From assembly GCA_963558395.1 (NCBI GenBank), contig CAUWGE010000001.1:5148-69147 (forward strand): a stretch of DNA of 64,000 nt. Direction: 5' to 3'. Below are positions 9,704-19,402 of the stretch, piece after piece. Below the pieces are notes generated by a model. That model was not told where the DNA came from. It made no database searches and saw nothing but the letters and a program-made list of their open reading frames with translations. The stretch comes from an uncultured Clostridia bacterium (GTDB lineage: Bacteria; Bacillota; Clostridia; TANB77; CAG-508). A program made the position numbers and the translations under genes. Numbering within the stretch: the stretch's first letter is position 1; each line of letters begins with the position of its first letter.

Positions 9704-10882
9704 TCAAAATACTATTTTCTCTTTTGTTCCTATCTCTTCAATAACTTCATATGTAACTTTCACTTCAAAACATGAATTTTGCTCTTTAAGTTCTACCTTT
9801 TTGTTTATTACTTCTCCTGAAATTTTATCTTCTAATGCTTCTTTAGCTTTTTTTAATCCTAATTCTTTTGCATCTTTACTTCCGTAGGTAATTTCAGTTT
9901 CAGTTACCTCATTATTTGTATATTTTATAATCTCAATTGGTAAATAAAAATTCGAAAATAGTTTTAATTTTTTACTAGTATACATTGTATCATAATTTTC
10001 ATATTTTGAAAGGGTTTTATAGAAATTTATTTTAAAATTATTAAATTTAATTGCATATTTATTTTCTGAGTTTCCTGTTTCCTCTTTTTTCGTCACTTTT
10101 TTATCTATTTTTTCAGTTTGCGTATATAAAACTTTGGCTTTAACACTACCCGTAGCATTTACATAATTTTTTCCAGTATATTTTCCTTCCATCCAACCAG
10201 CAATTAGTACATCACCTTCTTTTACTTCTTCACCTTGTTTAACCATTATACTTCCATTTTGAGCACTTATTTTATTTATTATTCCTCCCTTTTTAGCCAC
10301 TATATTACAATAATCGTTTTCATCTATAATCTCCGGTTTTTCTTCTGCTTCTACAATTTTAACAACTGCATTTGTACCATCAATTGTTATTCCCATCCAT
10401 GCAATGTCTGCTCTTTCGAGTCTTATCTTGTTTATAATAGATTCTGACTCTACTTTGCTTTTCAAAATTCCTGCTTTCAAGCCTCCTTCTTCTAATTCCT
10501 TTATAATCTCTCCTTTGTCTATTTTAGTAGTTCCTATAACCTCAACATTCCATACAAATTTTGATAATATAAAAATACTTACAATTACAATTAATGGGAG
10601 AATCACAAATATCTTTCTTTTTCTATATTTTCTTATAAAAAATGGCATTCCATGTTTACTTTTAATTTTTATCTTGCATCCATGCTTTTTTGCAATCTTT
10701 ACAATACTCTTAAAATCTCCTGCACCTATATTAGCATTTAAAATTGTAGATCTATTTCTTTTTATTTTCCATAAAAAAATGTTCTTGCTTATACAAGTGT
10801 TAATAACTCTTTCAATAAAGTATCCTTCAAGTTCAATATGTAAAAATCCAAATATGTAATTAATTAGTATTTTAACCCACAT
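9704..10882 (-). CDS. yqfD: sporulation protein YqfD
   Basis: 392 aa with a central TM segment. Paired with yqfC immediately upstream, as in Bacillus and Clostridium. Confidence 0.85.
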   Translation of the reverse strand: MWVKILINYIFGFLHIELEGYFIERVINTCISKNIFLWKIKRNRSTILNANIGAGDFKSIVKIAKKHGCKIKIKSKHGMPFFIRKYRKRKIFVILPLIVIVSIFILSKFVWNVEVIGTTKIDKGEIIKELEEGGLKAGILKSKVESESIINKIRLERADIAWMGITIDGTNAVVKIVEAEEKPEIIDENDYCNIVAKKGGIINKISAQNGSIMVKQGEEVKEGDVLIAGWMEGKYTGKNYVNATGSVKAKVLYTQTEKIDKKVTKKEETGNSENKYAIKFNNFKINFYKTLSKYENYDTMYTSKKLKLFSNFYLPIEIIKYTNNEVTETEITYGSKDAKELGLKKAKEALEDKISGEVINKKVELKEQNSCFEVKVTYEVIEEIGTKEKIVF

Positions 10883-10894
10883 AAGAAATATCTC

Positions 10895-11155
10895 CTACTC
10901 GTATTTTTCAAAATCCACACTTTCAATGTTTCCTGTAATTATTAAATCATCTTTGGTCATTTCATTCATAAGAAGTTCAAATCCATTTATATTGATAAGT
11001 CCTGTTTTCATTTTTACTCTAATAAAAAAATCTTGATAATCTAATACTGATTTGTAATTTTCAATAAGCATTCTATTAAATCCTACAATTGTAACCTTTG
11101 GAATATCTGAAGAAAGTTCCTCTGGTATATCAAATAATTTATCAAACTTACTCAT
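10895..11155 (-). CDS. yqfC: sporulation protein YqfC
   Basis: 86 aa with the typical YqfC pattern (PKVTIVGFNRMLIENYKSVLDY). Confidence 0.85.
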   Translation of the reverse strand: MSKFDKLFDIPEELSSDIPKVTIVGFNRMLIENYKSVLDYQDFFIRVKMKTGLININGFELLMNEMTKDDLIITGNIESVDFEKYE

Positions 11156-11163
11156 AAAATCTC

Positions 11164-12003
11164 CTATCTTTCAAATTCATCCAAACTTTTAAAAGTATAT
11201 CCTTGTTTTTTTGTTTCTTTTATTACTTCATCCAATATATTTGCATTGTCTTTAGATGTAGCATGAAGTAACATTACTTCTCCACTATGTAAATTATCAT
11301 ATATTTTTTTCTTTCCGTATTCTTCTCTACCTTGTTTATCTTCTTCCCAATCATCATAAGCAAATGACCACATCACAGTCGTATATCCTAAAGAATTAGT
11401 ACATGCAATTGAGGCTTCACTAAATTCTCCCTTTGGCGGTCTTATGTATTTCATTTCATAATTACATTTTTCATATATTTCTTTATGCATTGTCATTACT
11501 TCATTTTTTATTGTTTCATTACTACATGTCGGCATAGATAAATGCTTCATTGTATGATTGCCTACTATATGTCCTTCTTTAATCATTCTTTTTACTAAAT
11601 CCTCACTAGTTTTCAAATACTGTCCTGTTATAAAAAATGCAGCCTTTACGTTATTTTCTTTTAATACATCTAATATTTTTTCTGTATATCCTGCTTCATA
11701 TCCATTATCAAAAGTTAGGTAAATATCTTTATTTTCATTATTTCCCATTGCTATTCCATTAAATTCATTTATTATTTTCAAATTCTCAATTCCTAAGTTT
11801 GGTTGAGCATGATTTTTCCCTCTTTGTATTCCCCAACCAATCTTTTTGGTACTTAGAGTATCTGCATTTACATATATTGATTGAAAATTACTGCTAATTC
11901 CTGCTACAAATATAACAAATAATATAAATAATAAAAAAACTACTACTACTATAATATTTATAATTTTTTCTCTACACCAACAAAAAAATCCCGAGCAATT
12001 CAT
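11164..12003 (-). CDS. pdaA: polysaccharide deacetylase, PdaA-like (delta-lactam-biosynthetic de-N-acetylase)
   Basis: NodB-domain motifs TFDNGYE and GNHTMKH. N-terminal TM anchor. ATG at 12001-12003 is preceded by an AGGAG-type SD; the longer ORF-track start (12048) is unlikely. Confidence 0.8.
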   Translation of the reverse strand: MNCSGFFCWCREKIINIIVVVVFLLFILFVIFVAGISSNFQSIYVNADTLSTKKIGWGIQRGKNHAQPNLGIENLKIINEFNGIAMGNNENKDIYLTFDNGYEAGYTEKILDVLKENNVKAAFFITGQYLKTSEDLVKRMIKEGHIVGNHTMKHLSMPTCSNETIKNEVMTMHKEIYEKCNYEMKYIRPPKGEFSEASIACTNSLGYTTVMWSFAYDDWEEDKQGREEYGKKKIYDNLHSGEVMLLHATSKDNANILDEVIKETKKQGYTFKSLDEFER

Positions 12004-12121
12004 TAACTTCTCCTTTCTTTTTATCTTAATTGTATGAATAAGAATCATTTTTATTCATGCAAGTATTCGATTAATTTTTGTGAACACTTCCGCCATAGAC
12101 GTTCGTACAGCATTTTTATTT

Positions 12122-12274
12122 AGAACAAAAGAGGCATGATTAATATATTTTGACATTTCAAGTACGTTTTCATGCCTCGTCTTTGTTCGCCCGCCAAATT
12201 TTATGAAATAAAATTTGTGTGGAATGTTTAGCGAAGCTTATTTTATAATAGGAAAGTTCTCCAAACTTTCCTAT
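12122..12274. ncRNA. unclassified structured intergenic repeat, copy A (three hairpins)
   Basis: Homologous to 23238-23374. The long hairpin pairs 12122-12139 with 12170-12189; hairpin 2 is 12195-12217; hairpin 3 is 12248-12274. Stems are kept by compensatory changes between the two copies. Confidence 0.5.
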
Positions 12275-12278
12275 TATA

Positions 12279-12329
12279 TAAAAAAATACATACTCATATT
12301 AAACATTTTGTCTAATAATGAGTATGTAT
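12279..12329 (-). terminator. rho-independent terminator of the 167-aa gene
   Basis: The 12-bp stem atacatactcat/atgagtatgtat (12286-12297 / 12318-12329) is followed on the minus strand by a T-run (forward A-run 12279-12285). Confidence 0.7.
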
Positions 12330-12346
12330 CTCTATGTTTAGTTATT

Positions 12347-12850
12347 TTATGCTTCTTCTATATATTTTCTAAGCAAATCTGTTTCCATTATTGCTATTTT
12401 ACTTTCAACACTTTCTAATTCATATAATAATTTTCTATCGTTTTCAAGTTTTTTTTCTAATAATTTAAATATATTTATATGATTATCTAGTTCTTCTTTA
12501 TATTCTGAATCATTTACTATTTTATTAAATTTTATTGTATAATCTTCATTTTCAAATTGTCTATTTTTTATAATTTTCCAGAAACTTCTTTTCTCTCTTT
12601 CTTTATTTTTTTCTTGCATTGTAATTTTATATGCCCACTTCATTTCTAGCTTTTTTATTTTTTGTCCCACTTTGCTATATGTATCTATTAAACAATTTAC
12701 TTCCTGAGATTCTCCCATAGCCTTTAAAAAATTTTCTATCTCTTCTTTCCTTTTTAAAAGTTTCCTATATTGCTCGTCATTTATTAGGTCTTCTTCTACA
12801 AACCTCTCTATGTTTTCAAAATCTTCCATTTCAAATTGTGACATAAGCAT
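12347..12850 (-). CDS. hypothetical coiled-coil protein (167 aa)
   Basis: ORF with its own terminator, divergent from the XRE regulator. K/E-rich, no recognisable motif. Confidence 0.5.
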   Translation of the reverse strand: MLMSQFEMEDFENIERFVEEDLINDEQYRKLLKRKEEIENFLKAMGESQEVNCLIDTYSKVGQKIKKLEMKWAYKITMQEKNKEREKRSFWKIIKNRQFENEDYTIKFNKIVNDSEYKEELDNHINIFKLLEKKLENDRKLLYELESVESKIAIMETDLLRKYIEEA

Positions 12851-12936
12851 ATATTTTGCCCCCTTTTTGTTTTTTAACCACCTGCGTTTAATGTTTATGC
12901 ATAAAAAATGATAGAATTTGCAAGATATAAAATTAG

Positions 12937-13236
12937 GTGGTGATTATATTGAAAAATATTATTAATAAAAGAAAATATTGCAAAGAACTAGGCGATAGAT
13001 TAAATACAGCTGGCAAATTAATTTATCAAAGACGTAACTTGTTGAATTATTCTAGACAAGAATTATCAAATAAATTAATGTTACTTGGAGTAGATATTTC
13101 TATACAGTCACTTTACGATATTGAAATTGGTAAAAGAACAGTTTTAGATTATGAATTATGCTCTATCGCAAAAGTCTTAGATATCTCTACTGATGAACTG
13201 TTAAGTTCATTTAAAACATACTTAGATTCTATATAG
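12937..13236 (+). CDS. XRE-family helix-turn-helix transcriptional regulator
   Basis: HTH_3 pattern (YSRQELSNKLMLLGVDISIQSLYDIEIGKR...LCSIAKVLDISTDELL). Start codon uncertain (GTG/TTG). Confidence 0.7.
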   Translation: MVIILKNIINKRKYCKELGDRLNTAGKLIYQRRNLLNYSRQELSNKLMLLGVDISIQSLYDIEIGKRTVLDYELCSIAKVLDISTDELLSSFKTYLDSI

Positions 13237-13497
13237 TACTCTATACAGTTTTTTCCATTTTATTATTTCAATATAAGTTTATTTTGTTTTAACGATTTAT
13301 CGTTCTTTTTTTTATTTTAGCTTGGTTTTAATGTTGCTATATTTTTACATTTAAATTATAATATATATTTTTTTTGTTGTCAATATTTTCCTTACAGTTA
13401 TTTCCATGTTTTTATTTAAAATTTTAATACATTATTTTTAATATTTTTAATTTTTTTGTGCAAAATAAAATTATATTTATTTATCGGGAGGTTAAAT

Positions 13498-14109
13498 ATG
13501 GATAAAGATAAAAATCTCAAAAATGAAATTAAAGGCAGCAATATGGGTACACAAACATTTCAGGAACAAAGCGATAAAACTGACCATTCTAGTAATAATT
13601 CAGAATTTGAATATAATGTTAAACATACCTCTAGTAAACATGATACTAGCAACAATAACCAAAATTCTAACTCTAACTCTTTCAAGCTTGATGTCGCTGT
13701 TTTAAATGAAGTGAGTAAAATCGCAAAAATGGGAATGGATTCTATTTCTTACTTAGCACCTAAAGTTGCAGATAGACAAATGAAAAAACAGTTAGTTGCA
13801 ATGTATTCTCAATATGGGAATACTCAAAGTCAAATTAACCAGCATTTTGAAAAATATGGTGAAATTCCAGATTGTACTCCATTAAAAGATAAAATGATGA
13901 GTTTTGCTGGTGTTCAGTTTAATACTTTAAAAGACAAAAGTAATTCCCATATTGCTGAAATTATGATTCAAGGAACTTTGATGGGCGTAATTGCATGTCA
14001 AAAAATATTAAATTGTGATCTTGATATCGATAAAAGTACTACTGAACTTATAAAAGATTTTAATAAGTTCCAAAGAGAAAATATTGATAAATTAAATGCG
14101 TATTTATAG
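13498..14109 (+). CDS. hypothetical protein (203 aa; N/S-rich N-terminus, helical C-terminal domain)
   Basis: GGGAGG SD upstream of the ATG at 13498. The ORF-track start at 13456 is upstream of the SD. Confidence 0.55.
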   Translation: MDKDKNLKNEIKGSNMGTQTFQEQSDKTDHSSNNSEFEYNVKHTSSKHDTSNNNQNSNSNSFKLDVAVLNEVSKIAKMGMDSISYLAPKVADRQMKKQLVAMYSQYGNTQSQINQHFEKYGEIPDCTPLKDKMMSFAGVQFNTLKDKSNSHIAEIMIQGTLMGVIACQKILNCDLDIDKSTTELIKDFNKFQRENIDKLNAYL

Positions 14110-14217
14110 GCATTTATTCTAAATAAGTTTATAATTATTTTCTACAAAAATAAAAAAGAGGCCTTAAAAGTTTTAAATATCTAAAACTTATTAAACCTCT
14201 TTTTATTGTTATCTTTT

Positions 14218-15465
14218 TTATAAATTTCTTCCGCATTGCATACAAAAACTTGCATCTTTACTATTTTCTTTTCCACAGTTTGGGCAAATTTTCATATTAT
14301 TTTCTTGTGTATTTATTCCCATTGTTATTTCATTATTGTTTGGCGCTGTATATGTATTTACACTTTGATTTTCTGTTGGCACTGTATATGCATTTACATT
14401 TTGATTTTCTGTTGGTGCTGTATATGCATTTACATTTTGATTTTCTGCTGGTGCTGTATATGCATTTACATTTGGTTCTACATAAGTATTAATATTTTGA
14501 TTAATCCCCTGATGACCATTTCCAACATTTCCTGCCACTCCTCTTTCTATTTTCATCTGCTCATAGAATGACAAACTTGCAAAAATTATATATGGTGTTA
14601 ATATTGCTACTCCTATATTAAAAACAATAGAAGTTAGAATGAATAAACTTGCAAAGCCTATTATAACTGTTGCTAAATATATTAATAAGAACCATCCTAT
14701 GAAAGAAAGCATTAAACAGAAATATCTTCCTCTATTTCCTTTCATTAGATTTTCACTCATCTCTACAATTTCTTTTGGAGTCATATCTTCATTATCAACA
14801 GCAATGTAATATGCAAGCACATAAAGCAGTGATTTTACCATAAGCCAAATACTCATTCCTATATATAGTGCTACAAATAATATTAATAATACCATTACAC
14901 CTATTGAAAGTCCACTTAATAATGCTATATTTCCTGCTGCTTTTCCTAATTCTTTATTATACTCATATAAATAGTCATCACTATAATAATCATCATAGTC
15001 ATATTTATAATTATCATAATAATCGTCATATAAAGAAGAATCATATTTATATGATGTATTTGCATCTATACTGTTTAAAAACACTGAACTTGTTACTCCA
15101 TATGCTGCAAGTACTACTATAAATATTATACTTCCTACTATTGATATAACAATAGGAACTATACATTTTAATAGTATTCTTCCCAGAATTCCCCAGCTAC
15201 GTCCAAAATTTTTAAATCCAACTTTTAAAAAGTCAAAATAACTAACTTTATCACCATTTCTTAAATGATAGTATGTATATGCTAATCCATAGATAATTGC
15301 CGGAAATGCTACTGTTTCTGCTATTGACAATAGTCCAAATGTAAATGCTCCTAATAATCCTATAATAAATGTAATTGCCGCATAAATCAAAGAAACTGAT
15401 ATAGCCATTTTCCAATTTCCATTCAAATGCTCTCTTGCATCTTTTCTAAAATCACTTGCTACCAT
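14218..15465 (-). CDS. DUF975-family integral membrane protein with C-terminal 12-aa repeats and a zinc ribbon
   Basis: The N-terminus (DFRKDAREHLNGNWKMAI) and multi-TM body are typical of DUF975. The C-terminus has NVNAYTAPxENQ repeats and CPNCG...CMQCG. Confidence 0.7.
   Translation of the reverse strand: MVASDFRKDAREHLNGNWKMAISVSLIYAAITFIIGLLGAFTFGLLSIAETVAFPAIIYGLAYTYYHLRNGDKVSYFDFLKVGFKNFGRSWGILGRILLKCIVPIVISIVGSIIFIVVLAAYGVTSSVFLNSIDANTSYKYDSSLYDDYYDNYKYDYDDYYSDDYLYEYNKELGKAAGNIALLSGLSIGVMVLLILFVALYIGMSIWLMVKSLLYVLAYYIAVDNEDMTPKEIVEMSENLMKGNRGRYFCLMLSFIGWFLLIYLATVIIGFASLFILTSIVFNIGVAILTPYIIFASLSFYEQMKIERGVAGNVGNGHQGINQNINTYVEPNVNAYTAPAENQNVNAYTAPTENQNVNAYTVPTENQSVNTYTAPNNNEITMGINTQENNMKICPNCGKENSKDASFCMQCGRNL
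14345..14475. repeat. 36-bp tandem repeat (~3.6 copies) inside the DUF975 gene
   Basis: Successive units gctgtatatg(t/c)atttaca(c/t)tttgattttctg(t/c)tgg(c/t) are visible at 14345, 14381, 14417 and 14453. Confidence 0.85.
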
Positions 15466-15577
15466 AAGTGGTCCCCCTTTTTTATTTATGCCTTAATTAT
15501 AGCAATTTTATTTTTTTCTTGCAATAGTTTTTTATAATTTTATCTTTATGCCTTTTTCTCTGTTCTAAGTTATTATT

Positions 15578-16597
15578 TTACTCAAATATTTCTCCAGCTT
15601 CTACATTATTTCCGTTTAAAAATGACTTAAAATCCATTTTTTTGCTATTTTCTCCTTGAAGTTCAAGAAGTGCTATTGCTCCATCATTTGTTTTAACAAA
15701 TATTCCTTTTTTCTTATCTGCAAAAAGAATAGTTCCATTTTCTATCTTACTTATTCTTTCTGCATATTCTTTTGTTTCAGGAAACTCCCTTTCTATTTCA
15801 TTATTTGTAACTAAATCAACTTTCCAAAATTTTATCTTTTTGCCATTTAGCATACTATATGCACCAATTATTGGATTTAGTCCTCTTACTAAATTTTTTA
15901 TTTCTATTCCTGATTTTGACCAATCAATTTTTGCAATTTCCTTTTGTAACATTGGTGCAACAGAAAAATCTTCTCCTTGCTTCTCCGCCCCAACTATAAT
16001 TTTTAATTCTTCAAAGCTTAGTTTATCTTTCTCTTTTATATTATCTATTTTCTCCAATGTCTGTACTAACAATTTTGAACCTATATAAGACATCCTTTCC
16101 CAAAGTTCTCCTGTTGTTTCATCTTCTCCTATTTTTGTGCTTTCTTTTAAGATCATATCACCTGTATCCATACCTTCATCCATAAACATTGTTGTTATTC
16201 CTGTTTCGGCTTCGCCATTTATAACAGCCCACTGAATTGGTGCTGCACCTCTATATTTAGGAAGTAAAGAACCATGTACATTTATAGCTCCATATTTAGG
16301 TATTTCTAAAATTTCTTTAGGTAGTATTTTTCCATATGCAACGACTACTAATACATCTGGATTTAACCCCCTTACTTCATTTATAAATTCCTCATTTTTT
16401 CGAACCTTTATTGGTTGATAAATTTTAAAACCTTTTTCTAGTGCATATTCTTTTACTGGAGAAGCCAAAAGTTTCATACCTCTTCCTTTTGGTTTATCGG
16501 GATTTGTTACTACTGCCAAAATTTCATGTCCACTATTATATAACCCTTCTAAAGACACCTTTGCGAAGTCCGGTGTCCCCATAAAAACTATTCTCAT
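15578..16597 (-). CDS. fmt: methionyl-tRNA formyltransferase
   Basis: MRIVFMGTPDFA and HGSLLPKYRGAAPIQWA motifs. Adjacent to def. Confidence 0.95.
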   Translation of the reverse strand: MRIVFMGTPDFAKVSLEGLYNSGHEILAVVTNPDKPKGRGMKLLASPVKEYALEKGFKIYQPIKVRKNEEFINEVRGLNPDVLVVVAYGKILPKEILEIPKYGAINVHGSLLPKYRGAAPIQWAVINGEAETGITTMFMDEGMDTGDMILKESTKIGEDETTGELWERMSYIGSKLLVQTLEKIDNIKEKDKLSFEELKIIVGAEKQGEDFSVAPMLQKEIAKIDWSKSGIEIKNLVRGLNPIIGAYSMLNGKKIKFWKVDLVTNNEIEREFPETKEYAERISKIENGTILFADKKKGIFVKTNDGAIALLELQGENSKKMDFKSFLNGNNVEAGEIFE

Positions 16598-16652
16598 AAA
16601 ATTTCATTCCTTTCAATCTTTTTTGTTATATAAGACTTTTCAAATTAAGCTA

Positions 16653-17141
16653 TTATTTTATTTTGTTTCCATTTTCATCAATATATTCTAAAGTTCCTTC
16701 TTCCATTATATCAACAAAAAGATTTCCATTTAGGTGATCTATCTCATGTGCTAAAGCCTGTGCTAATAGCTCTTTTCCTTTTATTGTTATATTCTTTCCA
16801 TTTTCATCTTGAGCTTTAACCGTTACTTCCATTGGTCTTATAACTTTAGCAAATTGGTTTGGAAAGCTTAAGCAGCCTTCTTCAACTTCTTGAGTTCCCT
16901 TTTGTTTTACTATTTCAGGATTTACTAATTTTAAAGGTTCTTTTCCATCATATAAATCTATTACTACAAGTCTTTTTAATATTCCTACTTGTACTGCTGA
17001 TAATCCTACTCCATTATATTCATGCATTGTTTCTACCATATCGTCTAATAATTCTCTTATTCTATCATCTATATTTTCTACTATCTTAGATTTCTTTCTT
17101 AAAATTTCATCCCCATTTTTTCTTATTTCTCTAGTTGCCAT
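16653..17141 (-). CDS. def: peptide deformylase
   Basis: Motifs [17 protein letters not shown] and HEIDHLNG. Confidence 0.95.
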   Translation of the reverse strand: MATREIRKNGDEILRKKSKIVENIDDRIRELLDDMVETMHEYNGVGLSAVQVGILKRLVVIDLYDGKEPLKLVNPEIVKQKGTQEVEEGCLSFPNQFAKVIRPMEVTVKAQDENGKNITIKGKELLAQALAHEIDHLNGNLFVDIMEEGTLEYIDENGNKIK

Positions 17142-17159
17142 TTTTTATTTCCTTTCTAC

Positions 17160-19379
17160 TTATAACATATTATTTGGGTTTAGCTCTATATTTACCCTTA
17201 CATCCTTTTTCTTCATTTTATAAAATTCTTTTAAAGAATCTAATAACAATTCTTTTATTCTTGAGTCATATTTGCATTTTATTAAAATTCTTCCTCTATA
17301 TCTATCTTTTATCTTATCAATTGGTGCTGGAACTGGACTATAAAGTAATAACCCAAACTTTTCATTTATGACCCTTTCTTTTAAATATTTATGCAATCTT
17401 TTCTCTGTATCTTCTAGCTCATTAAGTTTTGTTGAAGACACATCTATTAATATTATATCGCAAAATGGTGGATATTTCAATTGCTTCCTTAGCATTATTT
17501 CTGTATTGTAAAACAAATTATAATCTTGTATTTTTGCATATTCAATAGCATAATTATCTGGGTTATATGTTTGAATTAATGCTCTTCCTTCTACCTCTCC
17601 TCTTCCCGCTCTTCCAATAACTTGAGTTAATGTTTGAAATGTTCTTTCTGTTGCTTTAAAATCACCAAAATTCAAACTGCTGTCCGCTGAAATTACTCCA
17701 ACAAGAGTTACATCTGGAAAATCATGACCCTTTACTACCATCTGAGTTCCAATAAGAATATCTATTTTTTCTTCTCTAAATTTAGTAAGTATTTCTTCAT
17801 GTGAATTTTTCTTTGATACAGTGTCTACATCCATTCGTATTGTTGTGGCTTCTGGAAATTTTTCTTTAATTTCTTCTTCTAATTTTTGAGTTCCTGCTCC
17901 AAAATATCTTATATTTTCACTATGACACATTGGACATACTTTTACAGCATTTTCTTCATATCCACAATAATGGCATTTTAGTTTGTTTTCTCTTTTATGA
18001 TATGTCATTGTAATATTGCATCTCTTACACTTTACAGTATATCCACAATCTCTGCACATAATAAATGTTGAAAATCCTCTTCTATTTAAAAATAGTATTG
18101 TTTGCTTTTTACACTCTAGATTATTTTTTATTTCTTCTTCTAATTCCCTACTAATCATGGTTTTATTCCCGTTTGCAAGTTCTTCTCTTAAGTCAATTAT
18201 TTTTGAAACAGGCATTGCTCCTTGATTTGCTCTTTTTGTAAGCTCTAGAAGTCTTATATTTCCTTCTTTTGCATTATAATATGTTGATATATCCGGGGTT
18301 GCACTTCCTAATACTAACGGAATATGTTTCGTTTTTGTTATAAATCTTGCTACTTCTTTAGCATTGTATCTTGGTGTCATTTCTGATATATATGACTCAT
18401 CATGTTCTTCATCAATTATAACTATTCCCAAATCTTTTACTGGTGCAAAAATAGCGGACCTTGCCCCTATTACTATTTTTGCTCTTCCTTCCTTAATTTT
18501 GTTCCACTGGTCGAACCTTTCTCCCACAGATAATTTACTATGAAGTACTGCTATTTTATCTTCTCCAAACCTGCTAATAAATCTATCAACAGTTTGCGGT
18601 GTAAGTGAAATTTCTGGAACAAGCATAATACTTGATTTGTTTTTGTTTAGTTCTCTTTCTATTAGCCTTAAATAAACTTCTGTCTTTCCTGAACCAGTTA
18701 CCCCAAATAACAAATATTCTCCTTCTTCTTTTATATTTTCTACTGCATATCTTTGCTCTTCAGTTAGATTAAACTCTTTTTCTTTTTTAAGTATTTTGTG
18801 CAAAAATGGATTTCTTTCTACCTTAGTTTCTTCATATTCTAAATACCCATTTTTAATTAGTGTACTTACTATTGCTTTAGTTCCATCTGTAAATAATTCT
18901 ATATCTTCAATTGAAGACACTCCGTTATTTATAACAAATTCTAATATTGCTATCTGCCTATCTGATTTTATCTTTTTTTCTTCAATTGCTTTTTCTATTT
19001 CTTCTTTTTCTTTTGCTATATTTATTAAATTGATTGTTTTTTCTTTTACTCTATCTTTAGTATTTTTAGTTTTAGTACCTGGTGGAAGCATTAATTTTAG
19101 GCAATCAGATATATTGCAAAAGTATCTATCTGACATATATTTAGCCAAATTTATTTTTTCTTTTTCTATTTTTTCTGCTTGAAGCTTTAATATTTCTTTT
19201 ACTTTAAATTCAGATTTTTCTTTTAATCCTACAACAATTCCTTCTTCAGGATTTTTGCTTTTTCCAAATGGTATAAAAACTCTGCTTCCAATCTCTACTT
19301 TTAAATTTTTTGGAACTTCATAATCAAATGTTTTATTTAGGCTCTTTACTGTACTATTTATTATAACTTCTGCTATCAT
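17160..19379 (-). CDS. priA: primosomal replication-restart helicase PriA
   Basis: Walker A GVTGSGKT, DEEH box IIDEEHD, and Cys-rich zinc-binding insert CRDCGY..CKRC..CHYCGY..CPMC. Confidence 0.95.
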   Translation of the reverse strand: MIAEVIINSTVKSLNKTFDYEVPKNLKVEIGSRVFIPFGKSKNPEEGIVVGLKEKSEFKVKEILKLQAEKIEKEKINLAKYMSDRYFCNISDCLKLMLPPGTKTKNTKDRVKEKTINLINIAKEKEEIEKAIEEKKIKSDRQIAILEFVINNGVSSIEDIELFTDGTKAIVSTLIKNGYLEYEETKVERNPFLHKILKKEKEFNLTEEQRYAVENIKEEGEYLLFGVTGSGKTEVYLRLIERELNKNKSSIMLVPEISLTPQTVDRFISRFGEDKIAVLHSKLSVGERFDQWNKIKEGRAKIVIGARSAIFAPVKDLGIVIIDEEHDESYISEMTPRYNAKEVARFITKTKHIPLVLGSATPDISTYYNAKEGNIRLLELTKRANQGAMPVSKIIDLREELANGNKTMISRELEEEIKNNLECKKQTILFLNRRGFSTFIMCRDCGYTVKCKRCNITMTYHKRENKLKCHYCGYEENAVKVCPMCHSENIRYFGAGTQKLEEEIKEKFPEATTIRMDVDTVSKKNSHEEILTKFREEKIDILIGTQMVVKGHDFPDVTLVGVISADSSLNFGDFKATERTFQTLTQVIGRAGRGEVEGRALIQTYNPDNYAIEYAKIQDYNLFYNTEIMLRKQLKYPPFCDIILIDVSSTKLNELEDTEKRLHKYLKERVINEKFGLLLYSPVPAPIDKIKDRYRGRILIKCKYDSRIKELLLDSLKEFYKMKKKDVRVNIELNPNNML

Positions 19380-19402
19380 ATAAATACTGTTTTTATTCTC
19401 CT

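Noticed and set aside
14236-14571. Two overlapping plus-strand ORFs with repetitive sequence (14236..14571, 14250..14492)
   Set aside because: These are artefacts of the 36-bp tandem repeat read on the non-coding strand of the DUF975 gene.
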